A DNA stretch of 64,000 nucleotides from Styela clava (Eukaryota), in assembly GCF_964204865.1 (NCBI RefSeq), contig NC_135258.1:10416001-10480000 (forward strand). Reading direction: 5' to 3'. Shown piece by piece: positions 26,028 to 39,675 of the stretch. A model generated the notes under the pieces. That model ran no database searches and had not been told where the DNA came from. It saw only the letters and a list, made by a program, of their open reading frames with translations. The stretch's first letter is position 1. Each line of letters opens with the position of its first letter. Position numbers and translations under genes: made by a program.

Positions 26028-26445
26028 GGGTGCAAATGTACGTGGATGTGAATGTCCGCGGATGCAAATGTATGGGAGTGCAAGTTTTTGCAGGGATGTA
26101 AATGTCCGCGGATGCAAATGTATGCGAGTGCAAATTTTTACGTGAATGTAAATGTCCGCGGATGCAAATGTATGTGGGTGCAAATGTACGTAGATGTAAA
26201 TGTCCGCGGATGCAAATGTACAGGGGTGCAAATGTATGTAGATGTAAATGTCCGCGGATGCAAATGTATGCGGGTGCAAATTTACGTGGGTTCTAATGTT
26301 CATGAGTGCAAATGTACGTGAATGTCAATGTCCGCGGATGCAAATGTATGCGGGTGCAAATTTACGTGGGTTCTAATGTACATAGGGGCAAATGTTCGCG
26401 GGTGCAAATTTACGTGGGTAAGAATGTCCGCGGGTGCAAATGCTG
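26028..26445. repeat. Minisatellite array of ~15-16-bp (GC)GG(G/A)TGCAAATGTA(C/T) units
   Basis: More than 20 variant units, e.g. AATGTCCGCGGATGCAAATGTA recurring. Confidence 0.9.
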
Positions 26446-27239
26446 CAAAAAAGGATTGCTGGACTCGTCTTCGCAGTAAGGTACGGTAGTTTGCGTATCC
26501 CAGTGGTCGGGAAATCTGTAGTAATCTGGCCGGGGACGCTTCACTGAATGAATTTTTTTCCGACATTTGACCCCGGAAAAATTTTCACATTCTAAAATTT
26601 TCGGTGTTTATTTTAAGAGTGGTTTCGCGAGTTGTTGCCTATAAAATGAAGTATTTGCTTCACACTATCATTCTAATTCATACCATTCAACAATCTGTTT
26701 TTTAAAAGTACCGGTAAAGAATTTTAGCCTAGTCTATCACAGCTATTTCTACACTAATTTTTGATCACTGTAATTAAACTGAAACTCCTAGGAGGACAAG
26801 GTGACCATTTATTTAAATTTCCGAAAAACAACTAAAAACTAACAAATATAATTCAAAATCGCGGTAATGTTCACGACCACGCCTGAAAGTCTGTCTAAGT
26901 GAGGAATGTGTCTGAGCGGATGCGAAAGGGGGTACTGTTACGTTTATTTTTGCATCTTGCTGATTAACCAATGTCACGAAGTAAACAAGGAAGTCTTTGC
27001 CAGGGGAAACATCCAAACGGCGGTTTTAACGATGAATTAATTTTATATACTATCTACGCTCGAGGAGTATATTACATTTTTTTACGTAACAGAATTTATC
27101 GTGAGACGTTTGGGCTAAGTTTTATTATATCCTAAAAATTATATTGAACAGCTACTCGTTTAACGAGCCTACAATTTATTTATAATTACACAAATTGAAA
27201 CACGCAGAAAAGTTGATGCTGAGGGCAGGGGTTCAATCG

Positions 27240-27721
27240 CGCAGTAAATATTCGAATATATTGCAATGCAATAAGGAAATCAAATTCATATTCTATTCGA
27301 GAGATTCATCACTGCTTAATTTTTGTAAGAATGTATCTTCTTAAAGAAAATCTTCATCGAAATTTCTTAAACCATGCGAAAATATTCACTTCGATGTTTG
27401 GAAGTACATATTTGTGCGAACAATTATTTTTGAAAATGAACATTACAAAGAACAAGCAAAGAATTAGTATTAGTGATGCCCATTTAGAGAATCTTCCAAT
27501 ATTGGCGTCGCAAAGCTATCAAGCGTGATGCAGCAACAAGACAGTGTCACATCAAATGTCATTGTAATAATTTTTTAATAAGACTACTGAGTTGAGTTCA
27601 CGAATTGTCGCAGTTTTTGCACGATGTTCCGTTTTTAACTTTCAAAAAATGTATGCGATCCGCAAAAGATTAGCAACCCTAAATTTTGTCCCGCGAGCGA
27701 CGTAAAATTTGCCGACGCCTG
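27240..27721 (+). mobile_element. hAT (Charlie/Buster, GTF2IRD2-like) transposase C-terminal relic with right TIR
   Basis: FTSMFGSTYLCEQLF..MNITKNKQRISISDAHLEN is the hAT dimerisation motif; TTTGCCGACGCCTG at 27708-27721 is a CAGG-type TIR. Confidence 0.8.
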
Positions 27722-28634
27722 AGCCACCCGAGTCCACAAATTCCAAACAAATGGCTGATTAATTCTATGGACTGGTGATCGGACTGGAGGACGTGGTAGT
27801 ATGGGGAATAGGGGGTGAATTTTACCAAAGACCGTTATATATCATGTATTTTGGTGAAGGTCATCAGGCTGTACGAATGAATGAGATACCTAAATCATTA
27901 ATATAAGTTTTAACAAATTAATTTGTATATACTGTATAAACTATTGTAGGGGGGCGATGGTACAAAAAGTTTGGAAACCACTGGAGTAGACTATCATCAA
28001 AGCGTGCCACGGATTGTAAGGTGACGTTGGTGAAGAGCATAGTGAGTGGACGCTAAGAGGTAACGATGTCGCGTAGGTGAGCTCACCGTCGTCGGCGACT
28101 GGCTGAATTCCGTTTGCCCATGGCTGATAATGTCTCTGTTTCAAAACGCAGAATCGTATAATATAGTTTTTTATCGAGATACTTAATTAATAGGAAAGTT
28201 ACTTCACTTGCACTAATCGACATTGTTGTCACGGGGATGATTTATTCAGTACAATTTTTACGTGTTTCCAATCTTACGAAAACCATGACTTCGTAATGAC
28301 TTGTTTTGCATGATTGTCATATATATTTGTATTCCGGACCTACGCGCGTGTTTAATTAGCAATGATCGGTCTGAATTTGTGTTACTGAATGTCATAGTAG
28401 GATAGGTCGCTTATTAAAAATGATAGACTTGTTATTTCTCTTTTTATTTTTATGAGAATATGGCGAAAACAAAATAATTAATAAGTAAATGCAAAAAAAT
28501 GAAGAACATTAGGAAAAATCAACGGACTGCATTGCATTCAATTCTTAGGCTCCTTCCAGACTACAGACTTCCATTGGTCTTCATCAATTTTTCGTGGAAA
28601 AATTACATTTTACGTCGTCAGAATACGAAAGCGT

Positions 28635-30428
28635 CTACTTGTTTATTCGTCTTGGCAGATAACTTTGCGTTCCAGATGACAACTGTTGATTGATTTTTCT
28701 TGAGTCATAAAAGTTGATTAGCGAAGATCCGTAAGGATATCTTTTCCACCAGTCCGCGTTAAGAGCATTTGAAGAAGTATATGGTGGTGGTGGTAACGAA
28801 ATCGGAAAATTATTTCCCCATGTATGATAGAAACCAAATATTGGCGTCTGGGTTAATAATTTGGAATTAACGTTGATTTCAGTATTTGACATCGCCTGAT
28901 GTGCAGCAGAATCAGAGTTTTTCGCCAATAGCTGTGAAAACAAGTAAGTATAAATTTATGTAAGAATTATTCAAATCAAAGCGAATTTGTATTGGAGTTG
29001 GAACTTGTCTCTCACCTTCTCTATTGTTCTAATAATGTCATCATCACATCCGTTCAACGTTTCCAGTATTTTGCTTGGAAGAACTGTTGGAAATGTTTGG
29101 ACCAGTACCCGGAACTTTCTGTAGAACAAAATAATGATATTCAATACAAGAAACTACTTTGGAGATTTCAACGTGATAAATTTAATTGTTCTAAATTCCA
29201 AAACATAAATAAGTCAGATTCAGATCCGACATAAAAAAAACTTTCAAAAGCTTCGAAAACGTTTTAAATCCGAGAGTGGTTTTATCGTGGTTATTATTGG
29301 TCATCGTCAGTAATGAATAAAAGCAATGCTCAAGTATATGAACACGAATGTCAAAACATTACTGCGATGTCAGCAAAATTGAGGGGGGGGGGGGGGATTC
29401 GTAGTTCCACTTCGTGGCCAATAAGCTTATAGCCCCGGTGGCAACTGCGGGTAGATATAAAAGGCTGTGAATAATTGCAGCACTAACCTTGATGTTGAAT
29501 TATCATTTGAATCAAAAATATGTGCAATGTCCAATTTTGCTGCATTCTTGGCTTGATTGTTGAATTTAGAACCAGCTCTCAATGGAGTAGAGTGTAGAGG
29601 AGAAATTCGGTCACGCACGTCCTCGGAGCTATTTGAATGTTGTTGTGGAGTCGAGACATCGCTACTGTTCGGGGAGAATGAGAAGCATCCAGAGCTCGTG
29701 GCATCACTTTTGTTTTCTATTTGAATCTCTTCGGAGTGATTATCACTAGGGTTTTTGGTCTCTCTATCTTGTTCTCCGACAGTGTTCTCAGATGCTAGTG
29801 GATGGTAACACTCTTCGGTTTTAACCCTTTTTGATGCTGTTGAAATATCAAGAATTGTTTTAAACGCCGATAATTTTATCAATAGCACAAGATGTTTAGG
29901 ATAGTATATTCACCTTGCATAACTTGAGTGCGTTCTGGGAATAAGTTTCGTTTCCCATTGATCAATCTTGATTCTTGAGCCTGTTGTCGACGAAGTGCAA
30001 CCTGGAATATATAAATGAATTAGTTGGGATTTATGTTGGTGCTATATACATTGCAACCCTACTGCGAATTTATGCTAATTCCAACTTACTTGAGCAGCCA
30101 TGACTCTTTGTCTTTCTGCAATCAAGTTACATTTTATGCATTCGCAATTCTTCCATTTGCAAAACCGTTTATGGCCTTTTAAAATACTGATTTCGCCGTG
30201 ATTTCGACACCTGTAAAATGTTAAATATTTTCAAATATTTCATTCGCCAATTGGCTTCGAAGTAAAAACGTTCCAACGTGACACCTACCTTGCGCATTTC
30301 GGCGCTCTGCTCTGTAGCACACTTTGGTCTCTTGATACACTGGCTTGAGATGAATGGTGTGTGAAATAATACTTCGACCCAATAGGTAAAGCGTAAGAAA
30401 TCGTTTGCTGCTTGCGTTTAGAATCCAT
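28635..30428 (-). CDS. dmrt: DMRT transcription factor (DM + DMA domain), copy A, intact
   Basis: Exons 30428-30289, 30210-30090, 30001-29914, 29836-29488, 29118-29016, 28931-28635. DM: RAPKCAR|[40 protein letters not shown]|[13 protein letters not shown]: [32 protein letters not shown]. Confidence 0.93.
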
Positions 30429-30617
30429 ATTTTTCATAAGCTCCGCTGATTTGATGATGTGTTTACTTTATGCTAATGATGAATTGACGTGCTACTGAAT
30501 CTGATTGCCTCTTATAATGAATTTTCAACGGTTTTCTTATATTTATATCTGTAACATAGTAATTATTTTTTCTGGTTATCTCTATATTACGAAATAAAAC
30601 AAATATGTCTACAAAAT

Positions 30618-30810
30618 GTATTGTTCACTAATTATCTTCGCTTCCATTTAACAAAAACAGTTTGTAATACAACTGATAAGAACTATTACAGAGTCCATGC
30701 TTTTGTTAAAACTAATTCCTGTGACACGCGATTAATTGTATTGTTTGTTTGTTTACTTTATTAAGAATGATTTTAGCGTTTTACAATATCCACGCGACTT
30801 GTTTCCGCTT
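30618..30810 (-). promoter_or_regulatory. Conserved dmrt upstream module (copy A)
   Basis: On the minus strand: GGAAACAAGTCGCGTG...AAAGTAAACA...TAATCGCGTGTCACAGGAATT...CTTATCAG...AATGGAA...GATAATTAGTGAACAAT. Confidence 0.75.
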
Positions 30811-33608
30811 AATATATCTTGTATATTTTTAGAAAATTGGACATCGAATTAATTAGCAGTTGTTCTAAATAAACTACAGTTCAGCATTATGAGCAAAATA
30901 TTGTCAGTTGCTGGAAATCTTTTATTTCGTTTTGTTCTGTTAGGGGTTGGAAATGCCATTCTTTTTTATTCTCAAGAGTCAAGACAGTCTTCACATTTCA
31001 ATTACAACTTTTAAATCACTTGTGAAAATATTACAACTATTACCTAATTACTATTTAGATTTAGTCCATAAAAACAATTCACTCCGAAAGGAAATCAGTT
31101 AGGTATCTTCGGATTGGAAATTTCCGCAACAATTTTTGTTGCACACATTTTCGAGATAATTACATATAACTTTCATCTCCGAAAACCTCGTAAAATCACA
31201 GGATAATATTAAGCGGAAGTAGTTCACGTGTTCATTTCCCAACATTAATATTGTTTACTTACCAAAGTAAACAATCAAACAACCATATATATGTCACAGG
31301 AATTCGTTTTAACAAAGTGAAGATCTCGATTAAACGTTATCAATTGTTTTGTCTCTGTACCGGGGGGGTGGCCACAAGGGCAGCCGCCCCGAGCAGCAGG
31401 TTGTAGGCTTCGTGCTATTACTTATTACACATTTTTTTCTCGATGTGTTTGAATTTAATTGAAAAACGACATTACAAGTCTTGTGAAACTGATTGCGTGA
31501 CGGTGAATCAGCAATGGCTAACTGCCTTTCCCGACAAAGTTCTCGTCTGGTCATTGCGTGATTTAGCGAAGTCGATGATGCTTTCTTTTTAATTCTCTGT
31601 CATTTTTATGTATAACAACATCTATGATTTGTTTATCCCCCGCATCATTTTCGAAGTTAGGTATAAGGGACATCATTATCAGAAACTCGCACTGGAAAAA
31701 AGAGAAGTTCGGCACGGCGCTGCTCTAGCCTCAAAGTACTGAAGTAAATGAAAGAAAACAAATGAATTGTAAAATTGTATAAATATAAAATGTTTACAGC
31801 AGGAGTAACAAAAGTATTACAAGTATATATAATTGATCCGAAACATGCTTCTGGAATCTACCAAGATTTCGTCAACGACATGTAGCCTATTTTTGATGCA
31901 TGGCCTTTCATCCTAACACCGTTTGAATAATTCATTTGTATCTTCTTTTTATCAGACTTCCACGCCGTTAAAATTTAGCTTTACTCATTGGAGTGGTTGC
32001 TTTTTATCTGCAACGTTTTCGCGCCCTGAGATTCTTTCAAGGAACTCCGTGTTTGGGTATTGTCTTTTAACGAATGATTTTAAAAAAAATATATTATAAC
32101 CAAATGTTACGAATCTCATTTCAAGCATTTGCTATGTTATTATACGCATCACCAGTTGGTGCTAATTTATTTCTTCAAATGTATCAGGGGTTGCTTATCT
32201 GCGCGTACTTGATTTTGGGTGTAAATTATTGCTTGCTATCTTTCTGTTGTTTGGGCAAATTCGTATACAATAAGTAAAAAATTCGAAGCTACAAGAAAAA
32301 TTGATAGGGCTATGAAAAAGTTATGATGCGATAATCAAGAGATTGTTAAGGCCACGCATTCGTGATGCATTGAAAATTTTTTATCGAAGGTCTATTTTAA
32401 GAGCAGGAAAAAATTTGGTAAAAAGGTGAAAGATACCTGAGTCACTTGTCTTTTTGTTCAAATATATTATTTATTACGAACACAAAAATAAATGAAATAT
32501 TGAAATAAGTAAAAAAGGAATATTGAAAATTATTTGATATATACATTATTTTGTCTCACATTTCTCTGTTTTTCGGGTGAAGAGGATATATTTATATGTA
32601 GCCTACACCCGCACGGTTGAACCCATACGTACAATTTTAACTAAGTATACAAAAAGTTAAAGTAACATTTCAACATAACAACCACAAGTACATATAAGAT
32701 ATGACATGTGAGATCTTCACGACAATTTTTAAGTATGTGGGTGAGTAATATCTTCCCGAATAGAAGAATATTCAAAAACTTTACTAGACAATTTCTTCGA
32801 TATTTTGCATATTTTCACTTGGTGGTGAAATTCAATTTCTCGAATATTAAAAGTAGGCAACAGCAGCTTCACGCGAAATAAGAATTTTGTTGGATATCGT
32901 GAAACAGCGATAAATTCTTTAATAAAGTAAACATTTACACAAAAGAATTAATCTTGTGTCACCGGAAAATATATAATCAAGAATAATAATATCAACGTTT
33001 TGTGTGTTATCAGTAACTTCGCAAGTTATCTCGAAGCAGATAGTTAATGGAATTTAATGAAGATTTATTGTATTGAACGATGAATAATTAATTTTAAATA
33101 ATTTTGAATCACTAAAAAACAGTAATGTTTATTGCAATCATGCGCTAGACAAAAATTATTTTCAAACTGTCTACAAGCTACAAAACAACTATATTAATAT
33201 TTTCAATAATTGAAAGCAAAATAAATTATGAAGACTATATATCAGAAGCAATGGATAAGTCTTTGCCGGAAGTATACAATTCATTAAACACAATAACACA
33301 AGACAAGTGTGCGAAGGATTACCGTACATTTCGGGTAAAGTTGTCTCTTTAAACACAAAAGTTATTTTGCCCAGCATAAATCCGTCTTCTGTAATTGATT
33401 GACCCTAACCACCACTCACAATTATACTAAATCAGAAGAAGTCAACTGTTTGTAAATTCAAAGGGGAAAATTTGAAAAAAATTGACAATATAAGTTTACC
33501 TCATGTTTAAATTTTGAAGGCGTTAGTTGCTGAAAATATTTTTAAGTTCAAATACCAACCACCTTCAAATACTTTTCCATTTTTCAAGAAATTGTCTGTT
33601 GTATTTTG

Positions 33609-33800
33609 TGGAAACAAGTCGCGTGGTCGTTGTAACGCGCCACAATGTTCTTATTAAAATAAACAAACAAACAATGGAAATAATCACGTGTCACCGGAAT
33701 TTGGTTTGCTAAGAGGAAAAGCTCGGTTATATTTGTTATCAGTTGTTTAACAAATTGTTTTCGTTAAATGGAAACGAAGATAATTAGTGAACAATGCATT
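33609..33800 (+). promoter_or_regulatory. Conserved dmrt upstream module (copy B)
   Basis: Same ordered motifs as the other copies. Confidence 0.75.
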
Positions 33801-33973
33801 TCGCAAGCCTTTTGTTTTATTTTGCAATATGAAGATAATCGAGATAATGAATATTATTTCACGGATATAAAACAGCAGATGTAAATCTTAGGAGTCAATT
33901 AGTTTCAGAAACTCTTCGATAGATCATCGCTAAAGAGCAACATAGGATTAAATCAGTGAAAGTTATTAAAAAT

Positions 33974-35790
33974 ATGGATTCTATCCGTCAGCAACAAATG
34001 TCGCCTTTCCTATCAGATCGCCGTATGAGTTTACTAGGATTGAAAGTCAAGCCATTGCATCAAACGACCAAAGTATCGTAGGCCTACGGAGCAGAGCACC
34101 AAAGTGCGCAAGGTAGCTGTGGTTTTAAGAGTTTGTTGGTGGAGAACGAATAGTTGGGCAATAAACATAATGAATTAATATTTACATTTCACAGATGCAG
34201 AAATCACGGCGAAATCAATGTTTTGAAAGGTCATAAACGTTTTTGTGAATGGAAGAATTGCGAATGTGTGAAATGTAACTTGATTGCAGAAAGACAAAGA
34301 GTTATGGCTGCTCAAGTAAGTTCAAGTTGACCTTAAAACCTTAAAGTAGCTTTGCGACAAACATTGTACCAACACATATTCCAACTAATTCCTTCCAATA
34401 TTCCAGGTTGCACTTCGGCGACAGCAGGCTCAAGAATCAAGACTGGTCATCGAGAAACGAGACTTGATTCCAGGATCTACGGAAGTTATGCAAGGTGAAT
34501 ATTCTGCTTAAAGTAACAAAATTATCGCTCCAGAAGTATGTGTACCAATATGGAGGTACCTAATTTTGTTTGCCTACTTTACATCAAGTTGTGTAAAGGG
34601 ACGGGAGCATATAGGCAGGGGGTATATTCACTTGGCTAACACAAGCAGTCCCCGAAGTCGTAATAGAACTAAATAAGGGAAAATCGGAATGAAATTATTG
34701 GTTGACCCTAACCTGGTACACATACTACGGGAGTACCCAAAATTCTGATATAAATAAATATAGAACTCATGGATATTGTTTTGGTATTTATATAGCATCA
34801 AAAAAGATCAAAACCGAAGACTATATACCTCCACTAACATCCGAAAAGCTAGAGGTGGATACCAACAACACCGCTGAGAAAAATTTCGAAGAGTGCCAAA
34901 GAGAAAACAAAAGTGATACTACAAGTTCTGGATGCTTCTCGTTTTCCCCAAGCAGTAGTAAAGTTTCGACACCGCAAAAATACTCGACGAGTACGGTTGA
35001 TAATTTGTGTGACCGAATTTCACCTGTTCATTCTAGTCCTGTGAAAGACTCAATTGGGGAAAGAAATTCAGAAACAAAGTCGGATGTCCCCAAAGATAAC
35101 TCAATTAGAAGGTGAGTACCGGAAATAAAATATTACTTTAGTTTGGTAGTAAAATAACTTTGTCATATCATTGTCTAACTTAAAATCTGCTAATCGACGA
35201 ATTCGTAACTCATTCGAAAAGTTTTAGTTTGACTAAGTTTTTATCAAGATAGAGGTATATATGTCAAAATATCCAAGATCGAATTTTTTATATTTGTTCA
35301 TGTTGCTTTCATATACAGAAAGTTCCATGTACTGATTCAAGCATTTCCAACAATTCTTCCAAGTACAATACTCGAAACATTGAACGAATGTGATGCTGAC
35401 ATTATCAGAACAATATAAAAGGTGGAGACTAAATCAAATTTTAATAAAAATTCGCACTTCCCAACCCGTTTCTTTCAACAATTTATATTTTTTTTGCAGT
35501 TATTGGAGAAGAAATTAGCTTCCATACCACAACAAGCGATACTATATAAGGATAACAATGTCTATTCAAGAGTCTCACCTCATACACCAAAACTTGATAC
35601 ATATCAAGCACTGAGAAGTAATTTTCCGATATCGTTACCAACAACGTTGACTCCTGCAAATGCTTTCCAAGCAGACATGTGGAGATATCCGTACGGATCA
35701 CCGCTATCAAATTATTATGTCACAAGTCGCATCAATCAAGATTTCTTTTCTGGAACAAAATGTTTTTTGCCAAGCTTACTGAATAATTAA
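33974..35790 (+). pseudogene. dmrt: DMRT copy B: full exon set but frameshifted and carrying a nonsense codon
   Basis: Exons 33974-34112, 34195-34315, 34407-34494, 34796-35111, 35319-35421, 35500-35790. A 4-bp deletion near 34003 relative to copy C gives TAG at 34079 before the DM domain; TAA at 35416-35418 in the DMA exon. Confidence 0.85.
34525..34737. mobile_element. Longer member of the GG...CC MITE family in dmrt B intron 3
   Basis: GCTCCAGAAGTATGTGTACCAA ... CTGGTACACATACTACGGGAGTACC; flanks CAAAATTA / CAAAATTC; absent from the same intron of copy C (~40390). Confidence 0.75.
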
Positions 35791-37739
35791 TTGCATAGTG
35801 GGGAAGCAGGGGCTAATGAATGAGTTCATGAATCGAGAGTGCAGCCCATTAATACTATTAAGATTTATTTATATTTTTGCTTCATTTTTTTTTATACTCT
35901 ATTATGTGTTTGCTACTGTTCTTTCTTTGCACAAATATAACGAAAAACTAAGACAGTCCAGTAATTTATATTGGAGAGCAAGATGAGTAGTTGAAAGTTT
36001 ACTTAGCGTATACATACTACAAAGGAAATACTATTCCAAGTGTTCGTATATAAATCAATAATTAAGGAACAACGAGTTACTTTGCGCATATTTATGAGTT
36101 GTGTAATTATGCTCTTTTAACCCATTTCTACTGTTTGTTGTATTGTGAAAATTGCTGATATGTTTCTCATATTTTTGAAAGCAAAATAGATTTAAGGATC
36201 AATTTGCAAAATTGTTGTTGGACATCCTTGTGACAACGGCAAGAAGTAGACAAAAATAAAGGATCTGCGGTTTAATACACAATATCCTAGTACTGTAAAA
36301 CTAGTACCTATAATGATTATCTCCAGCGAACTTGATATACATTTGCTGAAGATATGGATGGTATGGTACCAATAAATTCCCATTTTTTTTTTATAAAAAC
36401 CACTCGTGGTTCTGTTTAGGTCTTCGTTATTTTTACAAAGGAATTACAGTCGTTCTATCGTTAAGGCCTATGCCGTTATATCTTATCACTATGATTGTTG
36501 GTAATTGGTCTGTGGATAATGCTTGCTAGGGCTGACTGAATGCTTCATATTACATTTTCATATCTAAAAAAAATTGCAATCGCACAAAATGTATTTATTT
36601 TGTACAAAAAAGTGATTTGAATACAAAAATATAAATAAATGACAAAAAATAGACGAAAATAAATATATTTGAACTGTGAATGAACTTTCGATGTGTATTA
36701 TTCTTTTCTTCGCACCTTCTTGTGCTCTTTTGCATCCTCCGCGCAACTTCCTGTTCACCTCAGGACGTGCTTTTTATACCTGACTTTGTTTAAAATTGGA
36801 GTAAGAGTTAATAAATAATAACCTAAAAATATTTAATGCTAACCAAAGATTGTACATGATTACTTTTGAATAGAATGAAGTCAGGTCTGATCCGAAATAA
36901 TTTTTAACAAAACGGATGTCACAAATTATAAAGATTACACATATTCAATTTCCGAGTTTTGAAGTTCATATCTGAATCTAGGAAAAAAATTGAATATTAT
37001 TTGTAGTTCAGAAAAAATATCAATAACAATTCAAGTTATTAAAATCCTTAAATAAAAAAACATAAAAGCAACATTATTTATCACTAATTAACAATGCAAA
37101 TTGGTATGAATAAATAATTTTTTTTCTCTATACCAGTGGTTGTGTTATCTTATAGGCCGTTTCCGCGCTGCGCCGATGTTTGCTATTTTAAAAATTAATA
37201 CGTAAAAAAACTTAATTGATTTCATGTGAATAGCGTCAAAACCTCTAAAAAAATAAATAGAATCAAATTCTAAAATCCAGCAAAAACATTTTCCGTGATA
37301 ACCCACCCTTAAAGTTCTACTTATCCCGACGGTAAACTTCGATTCGGAATTAATTTGGGACAAAAGCTGGGTTAGATACGACACAGTATTATATTCAGAA
37401 TGATTTTAATCTTGGAGATTCCATTTAGTCAATATTTCAGTTTGCTGCCGCATTGCTCATGCCGGTGCGGGGAGGATATAAAAAATAATCTTTTTCGGGG
37501 ACCGATGCATCAGTTTTTTTACTGAACTAAGAGCGTGAAAAGTGAGAAATATATTATTTATCATTGAACATAAGTAATAAATATATAATTATTGGCGAAT
37601 AAGCACCCATAGTGTTTAAGCTTGATTCGTGACCTATTTTCAAGTCGCAAGTCCCTGCTTAAATTTTTGCTTTCTCACATATGAGATTTTCATTGATATT
37701 TCAAATAAAATTTTGCATTTGTTTCACTATTGCCTAAAA

Positions 37740-38484
37740 TAACTTCAAGATAATAACTGGTGGTTGATGTTTCTTGTGCCACAGATGTTGATTTGTGGAG
37801 ACCCGTACCGCAAGGAGATATCAGGATATCTTTCCCACCAGTTCGCGTAGTTAGCATATGTAGAAATATATTTTGTTGAAGGCTTAAGAAAGTAAATCAT
37901 ATTTGTGGTTTGAACCAGCATCTAGTCGCTTCCATGGTTGGGATAACGTAATCGTTACATTCGTTCAATGTTTCAAGTATTGTACTTGGAAGAATTGTTG
38001 GAAATGTTTGAACCAGTACATGGAACTCTCCATATATGAATTTAGTCACAGCTTGAATTTTGAGTATATATATAAGCTGGAAGTGATGGCGGGGACTGTA
38101 GGACTGGCGAGAGGAAGTTTGGTGAAACGACAATATTTTGATGCACATACTTCCATGTTCAATTTTATTAGATTCGGAAACGGTGAAATATTGGATTTTG
38201 TTTCCTCTGCGTCTTAGTATCTTACTTTAAAACAAGCTCTTCAGTATAAAGTGTAGGGGAGAAATATTTCGATCATACATATCCTCAGATGTACTCAAGT
38301 GTTTGTGGGGATTCTGTTCGTAGTTAATGAGAAGCATCCTGAGCTGGTAGCCCTATTTTTGTTTTCTATTTGAATTTCGTCGAAGTGTCTATCCACGAGG
38401 TTTTTAGTTTCTATTTATTGTTTCTTGTCAATATTCCCATACGTTAGTGGCTGATAATTCTCACCAAATATAAATTTTTCGATA
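37740..38484 (-). pseudogene. dmrt: DMRT relic psi1 (exons 4-6 only, most like copy A)
   Basis: Remnants of [31 protein letters not shown] and WWERYP; no DM exons. Confidence 0.8.
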
Positions 38485-39486
38485 CTGCAAAAATATGAAA
38501 AAATTGTTCATTGAACTCATACACTTATTGTATCGCAATGTGTTCATTTACAACTACGTAGTCAAAAAGTGAAACTTACATTTCAACATTTGCAAGAAAA
38601 TATTGTGAGATAATCACAACTATTTTCAATCATGTGAGTGGAATATGGATGAGAAAATATAAGGAAGGAATTATTAGAAAATTTTTACTTTATATTGCAT
38701 ATTTTCACTAGGTATTCATAATTTCTCAAATTGCAAAAGTACAGGCAACAGCAGCTGTACATGAAATAGAGGTCGTATTAGATGTCGTAAAACAGCGACA
38801 AAGTCCTTAATAAAGTAAATATTTGCACAAAATAAATAATCTTGTGTCACCGGAAAATATATAATTGAAAATTATAATAACAACATATTACATGTTATCA
38901 GTAAATTTGCAAGTTATCTCAAATCAGATAAATGATGATATGTAATGACGGTGTATTGTGTTTATCAATAAATAATTAATTATTCAATAATTGTTAATCA
39001 GTAACAAGCACTAGTGTCCATTGGTGTCATGCGCTGGACAAAAACTATAATTGAACAGTCTACAAACTACATGTCAACTATATTAATAGTTTCAACAATT
39101 TGAAATTCAATTATGTCGACTAGGGATCAATATTAATAGATAGATTTTCACTAAACACAATAAGACAAGAAAAATTTATGAAGGTTAACGGACATTTCGT
39201 GCAAGTTGTCACCTCTAGACACAAAATGTATCTATTCCAGCCTAAATTCGTCTTCTCTAATTGATTTACTTTGATCACAAGCACAACTTGCAATTATACC
39301 AAACAAAATTAAGTCAACTGTTTGTAAACTTAAATAAAATTTGGAAAAATAATTAATAATATAAATTTGCCTTATTTTTTTAATTTTAGAGACTTTAGTG
39401 GATTAAAAATATTATTGAGTGTAAATGCTAACCAAATTTAAATACTTTTCATTTTCGCTTTTCAAGAAATCACCTGGTGTATTTTG

Positions 39487-39675
39487 CGGAAACAAGTCGC
39501 GTGTTCGTTGTAACGCACCGAAATTGTCTTATTAAAGCAAACAAGCAAACAATGGATTTAATCACGTGTCACAGGAATTTGGTTTAATAACAGGAAAAGC
39601 TCGGTTATATTTCTTATCAGTTGTTTAACAAATTGTTTTCGTTAAATGGAAACGAATATAATTAATCAACAATGC
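39487..39675 (+). promoter_or_regulatory. Conserved dmrt upstream module (copy C)
   Basis: GGAAACAAGTCGCGTG...TAATCACGTGTCACAGGAATT...CTTATCAG...AATGGAAAC...AACAATG. Confidence 0.75.

Noticed and set aside
26028-26445. CRISPR-like repeat array
   Set aside because: The units are contiguous variants with no unique spacers, and the context is eukaryotic.
26007-26566. Cys/His-rich ORFs on both strands
   Set aside because: They are translations of the minisatellite and lack any gene structure.
37903-38217. Plus-strand 104-aa ORF, and similar antisense ORFs over dmrt exons
   Set aside because: These are shadow frames opposite dmrt exon sequence.
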